A stretch of 64,000 nt of DNA from a virus. The stretch lies in IMG/VR virus record IMGVR_UViG_3300027798_006580. One strand, given 5' to 3'. Under the pieces are notes generated by a model that saw nothing but the letters and a program-made list of their open reading frames with translations, was not told where the DNA came from and did no database searches. The position numbers and the translations under genes were made by a program. Position 1 is the stretch's first letter, and every line of letters starts with the position of its first letter. Of the stretch, positions 1 through 9,707 are shown in pieces.

Positions 1-2
1 AC

Positions 3-944
3 ATGGCAAAAGTCCAAGAGAGTTTAAGCCCGACAATGGGTTCAACTAAAACCAGTTACCAACAAACTGAAGGTGCTAAACTAATCATTAGACATAACAC
101 TGCTGTCAACGAAGAAGTTCGTGGCAGTCGTAGTCGCAACATCAGCGCATTGTTTATTGAAAACGCACAAGGTGAACGATTCAAATATCCGCACAACCAT
201 TTAACTGGCGCACGTATTATGACTCAACACGTTGCTGAAGGCGGCACGCCCTACGATGAAGTTGGACAAAAAATCATTGGACTAAGTGAAGAACGCAATC
301 AACTTTCACAGGTATCTAAGTACATTAGAAGCCAAGGCCTACAAGAACAAGCCGGTGATGTACAATTTGCAGTTACTCAACGTCTCAGCGAAATTAAAGG
401 CCTATTGGGAAGATATAATCCAACAAGATTTATGGAAGATAAATCGCAGGCCGACGAAACAAATCTGGAAGCACTACAAGAAAAACTAACCAAAAACGTA
501 TTTGACGAAAGCATTGGCTCACTATTACCAAAACTAAATGGCTATGTAAAACAATATCAACAACAAATGGAAGCTCGACAAGAACTCGAAACCCTAAAAC
601 AACAAGTAGAAGAATCAACATCAATCCAAGTTAGTGCTATTCCAGATTTAGAAATGATGAGCATGATGGTCTACGAAAGTCCAACTGTCAATACTACTCA
701 ATTAATCAATACAATTTTACCAGTATTAGAAGACGACGCAGTCAAAACAAGTTTAACTAAGATAGCCGAATATGTCCAAGAAGGCAAATTGGATGCTATG
801 GAAGTTGAAAACTTAACTCGTAGCATTATTGGTAAGAGCGCAGTTAAAGAATCCAATTACAAAATTGTACATCAATTGAATACAGTGGATCAAGTATTTG
901 AATCGGTTATGGCCAGGTTCGAACTAAAAGAAATACTGAAATAA
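3..944 (+). CDS. Phage hypothetical protein, probably 5'-truncated by the window edge
   Basis: 313-aa ORF running from the window start; no motif recognised. Confidence 0.6.
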   Translation: MAKVQESLSPTMGSTKTSYQQTEGAKLIIRHNTAVNEEVRGSRSRNISALFIENAQGERFKYPHNHLTGARIMTQHVAEGGTPYDEVGQKIIGLSEERNQLSQVSKYIRSQGLQEQAGDVQFAVTQRLSEIKGLLGRYNPTRFMEDKSQADETNLEALQEKLTKNVFDESIGSLLPKLNGYVKQYQQQMEARQELETLKQQVEESTSIQVSAIPDLEMMSMMVYESPTVNTTQLINTILPVLEDDAVKTSLTKIAEYVQEGKLDAMEVENLTRSIIGKSAVKESNYKIVHQLNTVDQVFESVMARFELKEILK

Positions 945-992
945 GAATATAAATATTTTCAACAGCAATTCATCCAAAAGGAAAAATTGCTG

Positions 993-1022
993 TTGACATA
1001 GCACTTAATAGAGTGTTATAAT
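993..1022 (+). promoter_or_regulatory. sigma70-type promoter upstream of the SSB gene
   Basis: TTGACA (993-998) and TG-TATAAT (1017-1022); overlaps the inverted repeat CAACAGCAATT...AATTGCTGTTG (960-995). Confidence 0.6.
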
Positions 1023-1098
1023 TGTTCACAAGATGAGAGTATCTTGTGTTCCAGGCAACAAACTTTTTTAACCCTGGCATTTTTAAAGGAAAAACATT

Positions 1099-2115
1099 AT
1101 GGCAACATCACTAGCAGAAATCCGCGCTCGCTTACTTGAGCAAGACACACGTCAAAGCGGCACAAACAATCGCTCACAGGGCGACAATGGAATCTTTCCG
1201 TTCTGGAATATTCCCGAAAACTCAACTACAGTATTACGTTTCCTCCCAGACGGAGATGACACTAACACTTTCCCGTGGAGAGAGCGTCAAATGATCCGAC
1301 TAGAGTTCGCAGGAGTTCTGGGTGGAGACGAAAGTAAGAAAGTAACTGTAACAGTTCCTTGCATGGAAATGTGGAAAGAGACTTGTCCGATTCACGCAGA
1401 GATCCGTCCTTGGTTCAAAGATAAATCTTTGGAAGACTTAGGTCGTAAGTACTGGAAGAAAAAATCTTATGTCTTTCAAGGCTTTGTTGTAGACACAAAG
1501 CTACAAGAAGATGTACAACCGGAAAATCCAATCCGTCGTTTGATTATCAACCCAAGTATCTTTAACATTGTTAAAGGTGCGTTGATGGATCCAGAAATGG
1601 ATAATCTGTTTACAGACTATGAGAATGGCACAGACTTCCGACTAACAAAAACTACAAAAGGTCAATACGCAGACTACAGCACAAGTAGCTTTGCCCGTAA
1701 AGAACGTGGTTTGAACGAAGTAGAACTGCAAGCTATTGCAGATCACAACTTGTTTACTTTGAATGACTTTATGCCTAAAAAGCCTAGTAAAGAAGAAGTT
1801 GACATCATTTATGACATGTTCAAAGCCAGCGTTGATGGCGAGCTGTATGATCCCAAACGTTGGGGTCAGCATTTTAAACCAGCAGGTGTAAACCTTGGTA
1901 ACTTGGTGGCAGCATCAGATGTTGAAGCCGCAGAAGCAAGTTTCAAAGCACCTGCTCCGGCAGCTCGTCCTGCTCCTGTTGTGGCAGCAAAGCCAGCAAT
2001 CGTCAATGACGAAGATGACGCACCTTTTGAAACAGCTGATACAACAGCCGCTCCAGAAGGCAAAAAGAATGTCAATGATATTCTTGCAATGATTCGTAAT
2101 CGTCAGCAAAAGTAA
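1099..2115 (+). CDS. Single-stranded DNA-binding protein, T4 gp32-like
   Basis: LRFLPDG, C..CP, YWKKKSY and G.DF.L.KT.KG.YADYSTS motifs; acidic C-terminal tail; AAGGA RBS. Confidence 0.9.
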   Translation: MATSLAEIRARLLEQDTRQSGTNNRSQGDNGIFPFWNIPENSTTVLRFLPDGDDTNTFPWRERQMIRLEFAGVLGGDESKKVTVTVPCMEMWKETCPIHAEIRPWFKDKSLEDLGRKYWKKKSYVFQGFVVDTKLQEDVQPENPIRRLIINPSIFNIVKGALMDPEMDNLFTDYENGTDFRLTKTTKGQYADYSTSSFARKERGLNEVELQAIADHNLFTLNDFMPKKPSKEEVDIIYDMFKASVDGELYDPKRWGQHFKPAGVNLGNLVAASDVEAAEASFKAPAPAARPAPVVAAKPAIVNDEDDAPFETADTTAAPEGKKNVNDILAMIRNRQQK

Positions 2116-2220
2116 ATACGGCCCGGGCCTCTGCGATAACTAACCGGTAAATGGTTATTGTATCGCCCGGGTTCTTCTATGCAGAAGAAACGTTTACTAT
2201 CACAAAGTAGAGAGTATCAA

Positions 2221-3003
2221 ATGACACTACCAGACGAAAGATATCGTGCTGTATTATGGGCAAGTAGATTCTTGGGTGAAGTTGCTCATGATAAGAAAAA
2301 GTATCCTAGAATTTCCAAAGAAGTTAGACGTGAGGCTTATAGCATACTGCGTCATTATCCCAGTGACTGGGATATGAAACGCATATCGGTTAAGGTACCC
2401 GAAGTCTTCCAAGAAAAAATGGAACCATTAACAAAAATGATTATGACTTATAATCAAGAACAAAAGGAAAATGAAATGAAAAATATACCGAATGTAACTT
2501 TTGCCTTTAGACAAGGCGATGAAGAACCTGAACAAGGTGGCTGTCCAATCGGCGGCGAGTTTGTTTTTAAAACAAGCAATGATTTGTTTGCCAACAAGCG
2601 AGTAATAGTGTTTAGCTTGCCCGGAGCATTTACACCAACGTGCAGTACATATCAATTGCCGGGCTTTGAAGGTCAATTTAATGATTTCAAAGCACAGGGC
2701 ATTGATGATATTTATTGCGTTAGCGTCAATGATGCGTTTGTTATGAACGAATGGAGTCGTGCTCTTAAAATTAAAAACGTTAAAGTTATTCCAGACGGTG
2801 CTGGCACGTTCACAGAAGGCATGGGCATGACAGTTGACATGAGTGCTATTGGATTTGGCAAGCGCAGTCGTCGTTATGCCGCAATCATTGACAACGGCAA
2901 CGTGGAACAAATGTTTGTGGAACCAGAATCAAGTGCTGCCGATCCTGATCCATATAGCGTTTCAAGTCCAGAGAATGTTATGAAACACTTGCAAGGAGAA
3001 TAA
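2221..3003 (+). CDS. Prx5-type peroxiredoxin (internal start 2476), in frame with an upstream ~85-aa phage domain
   Basis: VFSLPGAFTPTCS, SVNDAFVM and RSRRYA motifs; AAGGA at 2464-2468 precedes ATG 2476. Confidence 0.85.
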   Translation: MTLPDERYRAVLWASRFLGEVAHDKKKYPRISKEVRREAYSILRHYPSDWDMKRISVKVPEVFQEKMEPLTKMIMTYNQEQKENEMKNIPNVTFAFRQGDEEPEQGGCPIGGEFVFKTSNDLFANKRVIVFSLPGAFTPTCSTYQLPGFEGQFNDFKAQGIDDIYCVSVNDAFVMNEWSRALKIKNVKVIPDGAGTFTEGMGMTVDMSAIGFGKRSRRYAAIIDNGNVEQMFVEPESSAADPDPYSVSSPENVMKHLQGE

Positions 3004-3004
3004 T

Positions 3005-4078
3005 ATGACTAAACCATTTGACGTAAGTAAATTTAGAAAAGAAATTACCAAGAGCATTGAAGGCCTTAGCATTGGTTTTAATGATCCTACAGATTGGATC
3101 AGTACAGGTAATTATACCTTAAACTATTTGATTAGTGGCGACTTTTTTAAAGGCGTGCCCATGGGCAAGGTCACTGTGTTTGCCGGCGAGTCGGGCGCAG
3201 GCAAAAGTTATATCTGTTCTGGCAATCTAGTTCGTCACGCACAAGAGCAGGGCATTTATGTTGTGCTCATCGACACAGAAAACGCACTAGACGAAGCATG
3301 GCTACATGCACTTGGCGTAGATACAAGCGAACAAAAATTGTTAAAACTTAACATGGCCATGATTGATGACGTGGCCATGACTATTACCAAATTTGTCGCA
3401 GATTACAAAGCCATGGCAGAAGATGCTAGACCCAAGGTATTGTTTGTCATTGACAGTTTAGGCATGTTGCTAACACCCACAGACGTTAATCAGTTCCAAG
3501 CAGGTGATATGAAAGGTGACATGGGTCGTAAGCCCAAAGCACTGACATCGCTGGTTCGTAACACAGTTAATATGTTTGGTAATCTAAACATTGGTATGGT
3601 ATGTACCAACCACACATACGCAAGTCAGGACATGTTTGATCCGGACGATAAGATCTCTGGCGGCCAAGGCTTTATCTATGCCAGCAGTATTGTAGTTGCC
3701 ATGCGTAAATTGAAATTGAAACTGGATGAAGATGGCAATAAGACCACAACAGTCAATGGTATTCGCGCCAGTTGTAAGATCATGAAAACTCGTTATGCTA
3801 AACCATTTGAAAGTGTGCATGTGCAGATTCCTTATGCAACAGGTATGAGTCCTTACAGCGGATTATTTGACTTGCTGGAAGAACGTGGCAGTTTGAAGCG
3901 TGAAGGCAACAGTTATCTTTATACAACTAAAGAAGGCGAAGTCTTTAAAGCAATGCGTAAAGCATGGACCAATGAGCTTTTGGACAAAGTAATGGCAGAT
4001 ATTATGCTTAGAGATCTGACAGCAGATGTAAATATAGCAGATATAACACCTTTGGAGGAGATTGAAGATGCTTCATGA
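3005..4078 (+). CDS. uvsX: RecA/UvsX-like recombinase
   Basis: Walker A GESGAGKS, IDTENA, VIDSLG, SGG.GF.YASS. Confidence 0.92.
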   Translation: MTKPFDVSKFRKEITKSIEGLSIGFNDPTDWISTGNYTLNYLISGDFFKGVPMGKVTVFAGESGAGKSYICSGNLVRHAQEQGIYVVLIDTENALDEAWLHALGVDTSEQKLLKLNMAMIDDVAMTITKFVADYKAMAEDARPKVLFVIDSLGMLLTPTDVNQFQAGDMKGDMGRKPKALTSLVRNTVNMFGNLNIGMVCTNHTYASQDMFDPDDKISGGQGFIYASSIVVAMRKLKLKLDEDGNKTTTVNGIRASCKIMKTRYAKPFESVHVQIPYATGMSPYSGLFDLLEERGSLKREGNSYLYTTKEGEVFKAMRKAWTNELLDKVMADIMLRDLTADVNIADITPLEEIEDAS

Positions 4079-4337
4079 TGAACAAGTTAATTTGATTGTA
4101 GACGTATGGGCCACTGTTAAGACTTACATTGATAAGAAAGAACGCTATGATGCTGCCTGTGCATTACTGCGTAGTTTGGAGAATCACTATGAAATGGATA
4201 GTGTTGCAGAAGAACTTCTCGGCAATGACAGTACATTAGATGCTGTAATTAAAGACTTATACACTGCCAACGACATTGTCGATGATGATGATGACTACGA
4301 AGAAGATAATTACGATTCCGACGCCGACGAAGAATGA
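4068..4337 (+). CDS. Hypothetical protein with acidic tail
   Basis: GGAGGAG RBS before ATG 4068; packed between uvsX and uvsY. Confidence 0.7.
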   Translation: MLHDEQVNLIVDVWATVKTYIDKKERYDAACALLRSLENHYEMDSVAEELLGNDSTLDAVIKDLYTANDIVDDDDDYEEDNYDSDADEE

Positions 4338-4795
4338 GTAATTGGTATAGACGTGTTACTGGCAACTTAGATGAGTTGCCAGGCTCAATAGCCTACTATG
4401 AATCTGAATTACAAGATGCTAGAATAGAAACTAGTATCAAAGGTAACTTGGAAACAAACTCTAGACTTATGCCTGGAATAGTGGAACACAGATTTAACCA
4501 ATTGCAAGAAGTTGAAGCTATACTTGAATTCCTAAACATCCAACTAAGAAAAAAACGAAGTGAGATGTTTAGGAAGTATACCGAAAATTATAATAGAACA
4601 CTCAGTGACCGTAGTGCTGACAAATATGTAGATGGAGACGACGAAGTAATTGAATGGCAAATTCTCGTAAATGAGTTTGCCATGATCCGTAACAAGTACC
4701 TCGGCATTATGAAAGCCATTGACACCAAGCAATGGCAGATTACTAACATTGTCAAACTCCGTGTAGCGGGCATGGATGACACTACTTTGGGTTAA
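4334..4795 (+). CDS. uvsY: UvsY-like recombination mediator
   Basis: Helical 153 aa with KYVDGDDEV and C-terminal W.ITNIVKLR.AG; adjacent to uvsX. Confidence 0.75.
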   Translation: MSNWYRRVTGNLDELPGSIAYYESELQDARIETSIKGNLETNSRLMPGIVEHRFNQLQEVEAILEFLNIQLRKKRSEMFRKYTENYNRTLSDRSADKYVDGDDEVIEWQILVNEFAMIRNKYLGIMKAIDTKQWQITNIVKLRVAGMDDTTLG

Positions 4796-4851
4796 TTGAC
4801 ACAAATTGGATCCTTTGCTATAATACATACATAGCGAAACAAAAAGGAGTC
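4793..4851 (+). repeat. Early promoter/RBS repeat, copy 1
   Basis: TAATTGACACAAATTGG..TATAATACATACATAG..AACAAAAAGGAGT. Confidence 0.85.
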
Positions 4852-4855
4852 CAAA

Positions 4856-5080
4856 ATGGAACTAGCAATCGGAACTAAAATTGTGTATACAAGTGCCGCA
4901 GGTACTCGCAATGCAGAAGTAGTTGGTATCAAAATTACCCCTACAGCAAAGCCTGGATTTCTTAATACTTTTGTTACACTTTTAATACCCGTACAAACAG
5001 GTGTTAAATTTGAGAATAAAATTCAAATCTGTGCTGACAATGCCAGCTTAAAAATGTTCAAAGTAGCAGTCATTAATTGA
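4856..5080 (+). CDS. Hypothetical early protein in a single-gene cassette
   Basis: 74 aa, AGGAG RBS, bracketed by two promoter repeats. Confidence 0.75.
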   Translation: MELAIGTKIVYTSAAGTRNAEVVGIKITPTAKPGFLNTFVTLLIPVQTGVKFENKIQICADNASLKMFKVAVIN

Positions 5081-5134
5081 CACAAATTGGTTTCAGTGCT
5101 ATAATACATACATAGATTAACAAAACAGGAGTTT
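5074..5134 (+). repeat. Early promoter/RBS repeat, copy 2
   Basis: TAATTGACACAAATTGG..TATAATACATACATAG..AACAAAACAGGAGTTT. Confidence 0.85.
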
Positions 5135-5138
5135 ATAA

Positions 5139-6215
5139 ATGGCTAATGTAACTATTTTTGCAGGCGAGTATCGCGGCGTTAAAGTTCGTAACCAAACATT
5201 CCAATTGGTGTCAGACGTTAAGTCTGGTAGCAAAGGTATGTATGTAACAGTTCAAGATGACGGCACCCTAGGTTATCCAGGTAAAGCTATTCGTGTTAAA
5301 GTTAAAACAATGGAGGATATTACAGTGAGTGGTCAAACTATTGCTGACATGACAGATAGTCAGCGCAACAAAGCAAATAAAGACGACAATGTCTTTTCTT
5401 TAGTAACTACTAAAGAGCCAGAAGTGTACACAGAAACAGATGAGCAAGCTATTGAGCGCATCCGTGAACGCTTTGACATCCTAGACCAAATGGCAGAAGG
5501 CACCACAACAGGTGCAGTTCGTGCTATGATTGTCAGCGGCCCTCCAGGCGTAGGTAAGAGCTACGGCGTTGAGAAGGTACTTGAGCAAGCCAGTTTATTT
5601 GACAAAATGGCTAATCGTAAAAACAGATTTGAAGTTGTCAAAGGTGCAATGTCAGCATTGGGTTTGTATGCCAAACTTTACAAGTTCTCCGATGAAGGCA
5701 ACGTGTTAGTGTTTGATGACTGTGACAGCATCTTGCTTGACGACTTGTCGTTGAACATTTTGAAAGCCGCATTAGACAGTTCTAAGAAACGTTATATTTC
5801 TTGGAACACTGATAGTAATATGTTGGGTCGTGAAGGCATTCCGGATCGTTTTGAATTTAAAGGTAGTGTGATTTTTATTACTAACATTAAGTTTGAGCAC
5901 GTTCGCAGTAAGAAATTAAAAGACCATTTGGACGCATTGGAAAGCCGTTGCCACTATTTGGACTTGACAATGGACACCCAACGTGACAAGTTTCTGCGTA
6001 TTAAACAAATTGTGCGTGACGGTATGTTGGACAGTTATGATTTTGAAGAGCATGCCGCACAAGAAATTGTGGACTACATGTGGGAAATGAAAGCTCGTTT
6101 GCGTGAACTGAGTTTGCGTACAGTTTTGAAGATTGCAGACCTGCGTAAGATGAGTGAGCACAATTGGCGTCGTCTTGCAGAGACAACAATTTTGAAACGT
6201 GCAGAAGTGTGCTAA
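5139..6215 (+). CDS. AAA+ family ATPase
   Basis: Walker A GPPGVGKS, Walker B LVFDDCD, sensor IFITN, ALESR arginine finger. Confidence 0.85.
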   Translation: MANVTIFAGEYRGVKVRNQTFQLVSDVKSGSKGMYVTVQDDGTLGYPGKAIRVKVKTMEDITVSGQTIADMTDSQRNKANKDDNVFSLVTTKEPEVYTETDEQAIERIRERFDILDQMAEGTTTGAVRAMIVSGPPGVGKSYGVEKVLEQASLFDKMANRKNRFEVVKGAMSALGLYAKLYKFSDEGNVLVFDDCDSILLDDLSLNILKAALDSSKKRYISWNTDSNMLGREGIPDRFEFKGSVIFITNIKFEHVRSKKLKDHLDALESRCHYLDLTMDTQRDKFLRIKQIVRDGMLDSYDFEEHAAQEIVDYMWEMKARLRELSLRTVLKIADLRKMSEHNWRRLAETTILKRAEVC

Positions 6216-6220
6216 ACTAA

Positions 6221-6264
6221 ACAATGCCTAGTTAATTGACGTTAACTGGGCATTGTGCTATAAT
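6221..6264 (+). promoter_or_regulatory. Hairpin overlapping a sigma70 promoter
   Basis: ACAATGCCTAGTTAA-TTGACG-TTAACTGGGCATTGT followed by TATAAT. Confidence 0.6.
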
Positions 6265-6292
6265 AACTTTTAAAACAACAAAGGGAATTTAA

Positions 6293-8437
6293 ATGAAATT
6301 CAAACCCACTCTAATTACTTTAGCAGTAGCGGCACTAGCAACAAGTGTGCAGGCCCAAGTTCTTACTAAAGAATTTTACAATGTCAAAGGTGCGTTGAAC
6401 ACGACTATGTATAACGCATATACCGGCACTGGTGTTACACTTACATGGGGTCGTAACATTACAGGCCTTGGTGTTAAGGTAGCAGTACTAGACAGCGGAT
6501 TTGACTTGTCTCACACAGACTTAAAAGGGCAAGTTATCGCGGCCAAGAACTTCAGTGAGATTGTTGTAGAAAATACAAAGACTAATCTAAATAACTTTAG
6601 GTCTAATATCCAAGTAGGTACAGACATTACTTGGAGTATGCACGGCACTCAGATGGCAAGTATTATTGCCGGCAAGTCGGATGGTAACGGCGCCGTAGGT
6701 GTTGCACCCGATGCTCGTCTATTGTTGGCACAGGTCGGTCAAGGTGTTACATATAACAGTAAAACAAAAACTTGGACATACAGTGGCACTGGCATTAGTG
6801 CCCCGGCATTGATTAATGCGCTGACTTGGGCAGAAGCCAATGGCGCCACAGTGGCCAATATGAGTCTTGGTAGCAGTTATGACAAGACATTCCAAAAAGG
6901 TGTGACACTATTGGGTAATGGTGTGTACAAGGCTCCTGTGGCATACGGTTCAATGTATGGTAACACTACAAAAGAATTAACAGCATTTGCTGGTGCAAGC
7001 AAGACCATGGCTCTTGTTGCCGCGGCAGGCAATGATGGTTTACCTTACGCACAATTTCCAGGTGCTTATGCTACTCAAGTAGACTCAAAAGGTAATTTGG
7101 TACTTGGTGGCAGAATGCTGATTGTAGGAAGTGTGGGAGATAACAATGTTATCAGTGGCTTCTCAAATCGTGCTGGTAGCTTTTGTACTGCCTTGTCAGG
7201 TACAACGTGTAAAGATCCTTACTATGTCAAAGACTTCTTTGTAGTAGCACCAGGTGAAGGCATTATTAGTGCTATACCCAATCAAGCCAAAGCAGGCAAT
7301 GTAGGCAATGCGGTTAGCGGCACAAGCCCAGCGGCAGCTTTTGTATCGGGCGGCATTGCACTTATGAAACAGGCTTGGCCACAACTTAGTGGTGCTCAAC
7401 TGGTTGATCTAGTTAAGACAACTGCCACAGACTTGGGCGCCAAAGGCGTAGATGAAGTTTATGGCTATGGTCTAGTTAATTTTAACAAAGCTACATTGCC
7501 AACAGGCACAGTAAAATATACAACAAGTTCGTTGTCATCGAGTTCAGTGACAACAGGCACGTCTGTGGTCAATGTTAGTATTAGTGCAACGGGTAGTTTG
7601 AATAGCGTTATGAAAGGTAGTAGTGTGCTGTCTAACGTACAAGTTGTTGACAACATTAATCGCAACTATACCGCAGACTTTACACGGGCAGTTGGTAACA
7701 GTAATCCAGTAAACAGTTTGGCAATGAGTCCTTATCTTGCCATGCAGGGCACAGGCTATCGTGAGTTTACAGTTCCATTTAGTAAAACAGATTCTATGTC
7801 GGTTATGCAAAGTTCAAATGGCGTAGCGGCACAATATGAAACAGCATATGACAATACCAAAGTGTCCTTGCAAGTTGGTTCTATGACAGAAAGTAATGGC
7901 TTTCTAAACAACTATGGTTCTGGACTTACTGCTTTTGGCGACAGTGGTACAACTTGGGCCTTGGTTGGTGGTGAGAAAGATATTGGCTCAAACTTTAGCA
8001 TATTAGGTAACTATGGTGTTGGCATTACAAAAACTGGTAGTGTGCAAAACAGCATGATTGCATTGAGTCCTACTTTGGTCAGTGACACTTGGAAATTTGG
8101 TATTGCCAAAAACAATATCTTCTTTAGCGGCAAGACCAATGACAAGTTGTCGTTAAGTGTACAAGGTCCTGTGGCAGTTCGTCGAGGTCATGCAGACGTT
8201 ACAGCGATTACTGGCTATAACTACAGCACAGACGCAGAAGACAATACAACTGCCACACCAATTAGTTCCTCAGAACGGATGAACTTGGCATCCGGTAAAC
8301 GTGAGACTAACTTAATACTTGGCTATAATGTGCAAGTACAAAACCAAACGTATGTAGGTTTTGCAGTAGGACGCCAGTTTAACGCTAATGGTGTAAATGC
8401 TAACACGGTTGCGTTCACTGCTAGAAGTGTGTTCTAA
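6293..8437 (+). CDS. Secreted subtilisin-like S8 serine protease with a probable C-terminal beta-barrel
   Basis: Signal peptide; catalytic motifs VAVLDSG, HGT.MASII, AAAGN, SGTS.AA; amphipathic strands ending ..FTARSVF. Confidence 0.85.
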   Translation: MKFKPTLITLAVAALATSVQAQVLTKEFYNVKGALNTTMYNAYTGTGVTLTWGRNITGLGVKVAVLDSGFDLSHTDLKGQVIAAKNFSEIVVENTKTNLNNFRSNIQVGTDITWSMHGTQMASIIAGKSDGNGAVGVAPDARLLLAQVGQGVTYNSKTKTWTYSGTGISAPALINALTWAEANGATVANMSLGSSYDKTFQKGVTLLGNGVYKAPVAYGSMYGNTTKELTAFAGASKTMALVAAAGNDGLPYAQFPGAYATQVDSKGNLVLGGRMLIVGSVGDNNVISGFSNRAGSFCTALSGTTCKDPYYVKDFFVVAPGEGIISAIPNQAKAGNVGNAVSGTSPAAAFVSGGIALMKQAWPQLSGAQLVDLVKTTATDLGAKGVDEVYGYGLVNFNKATLPTGTVKYTTSSLSSSSVTTGTSVVNVSISATGSLNSVMKGSSVLSNVQVVDNINRNYTADFTRAVGNSNPVNSLAMSPYLAMQGTGYREFTVPFSKTDSMSVMQSSNGVAAQYETAYDNTKVSLQVGSMTESNGFLNNYGSGLTAFGDSGTTWALVGGEKDIGSNFSILGNYGVGITKTGSVQNSMIALSPTLVSDTWKFGIAKNNIFFSGKTNDKLSLSVQGPVAVRRGHADVTAITGYNYSTDAEDNTTATPISSSERMNLASGKRETNLILGYNVQVQNQTYVGFAVGRQFNANGVNANTVAFTARSVF

Positions 8438-8560
8438 TTGACAGAATTTGAATTTAATGTTATAATTATTGCATAACGTAGAATAAGCTACGTTATGCTT
8501 TATAGGTCGAGTATGACCGAAACCCAGGGCGAGTTTGCCCGCTAAAAAGGAAATTTACTT

Positions 8561-9706
8561 ATGACAACTATTACCCACGCTCAAACTATTAACGGGCGTT
8601 ATCTAAAATCTACCAGCCACTTCGTTTCTTTACAACAACGTCTTGCAGATGCGCTGAAATCTTCTCCAGTATTTGTAAATATGCTGACTGCAATGGTTGA
8701 CGAGTATAAACGTCGACATGCCAGCTGGGCAAAGTTTTCCGACATGAAACTTTGTGAAGCAATCCAAGTTCCAATGGACAAAATCCTAATTGACAGTACT
8801 ATGCAACGTAGTTTGAATCTCCGCCACGTATTGAATATTCTACAGAACTTTAAAAGTAGTATGGTGATGGCAATTCAAGTGTATGTAGACGAAAACAAAC
8901 CTGGTTATTATATTGCATGGGAGGGTCAACATACTGCTATTGCTTTGCATATTATTCTAACAAAAGTATTTGGCGAGCAGACAGCTAACGCCATGATCCC
9001 AGTTGTGATTTACAATGTCAAACAGAAATTGGAAATTCGTCGTAACTTTATTTTGCTTAATGGCGATGCCAAGGAAGAACTAGACTTTATTGACAAGTAT
9101 ATCCAAATGGTATTTGGTGTTAAGATTGATAAGGCAGATGACCAAGAATGGATTGACACAGCCCTTAAGAATGACTACTTTGCCGCCGCAGGATTGTTTG
9201 CCACACATAGTAAGTTTGGGGATGAAGACCAACCAGGCGCATTCACTTTGTTAGCCGATACTCTTATGAGCAAGAGTTTGAAGACACGCAAGCATCCAGA
9301 GGTTACTCGTATGTTTGCACAGTATTGGAGTTTCTTAAATCAACAACGTCCCGTCGAGCCTAAAGAAGCTAGACAGTTATATGAGTACTTTAATTTGTGT
9401 TATGAACAAAAGATTGCAGTTGACGAAAAATATTTGCTAGAGTTTGTAGCATTTACCAAAGACAACTTTGAAGCAGACTTTAGTCCTACAAGTCCATTCT
9501 GGGACAAAGTTAAAGCGTCTTACGAATCGTGGTACGCTAAGGCTAATCCTGAATCATTTGCAGAGTTTGGCTTGAAAGGCTTTACTACAGAAATGCGTAC
9601 AGGTATTCCGTTTTTAATTGCACAACTTAAAAAGAGTACTAAATTAAAAGTGCCCGCATTTACTCCTAACAATGGCTTTACTATTAACAAAAAGGACTTG
9701 TGGTAA
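8561..9706 (+). CDS. ParB/Srx-like (DGQH-type) domain protein
   Basis: ID.TMQR.LN and AWEGQHT resemble ParB/DndB-type NTPase motifs. Confidence 0.55.
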   Translation: MTTITHAQTINGRYLKSTSHFVSLQQRLADALKSSPVFVNMLTAMVDEYKRRHASWAKFSDMKLCEAIQVPMDKILIDSTMQRSLNLRHVLNILQNFKSSMVMAIQVYVDENKPGYYIAWEGQHTAIALHIILTKVFGEQTANAMIPVVIYNVKQKLEIRRNFILLNGDAKEELDFIDKYIQMVFGVKIDKADDQEWIDTALKNDYFAAAGLFATHSKFGDEDQPGAFTLLADTLMSKSLKTRKHPEVTRMFAQYWSFLNQQRPVEPKEARQLYEYFNLCYEQKIAVDEKYLLEFVAFTKDNFEADFSPTSPFWDKVKASYESWYAKANPESFAEFGLKGFTTEMRTGIPFLIAQLKKSTKLKVPAFTPNNGFTINKKDLW

Positions 9707-9707
9707 T

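Noticed and set aside
4793-5134. Possible CRISPR array from the repeated ~60-bp element
   Set aside because: Copies are dispersed, are promoter/RBS sequences and are separated by whole genes; no cas genes are present
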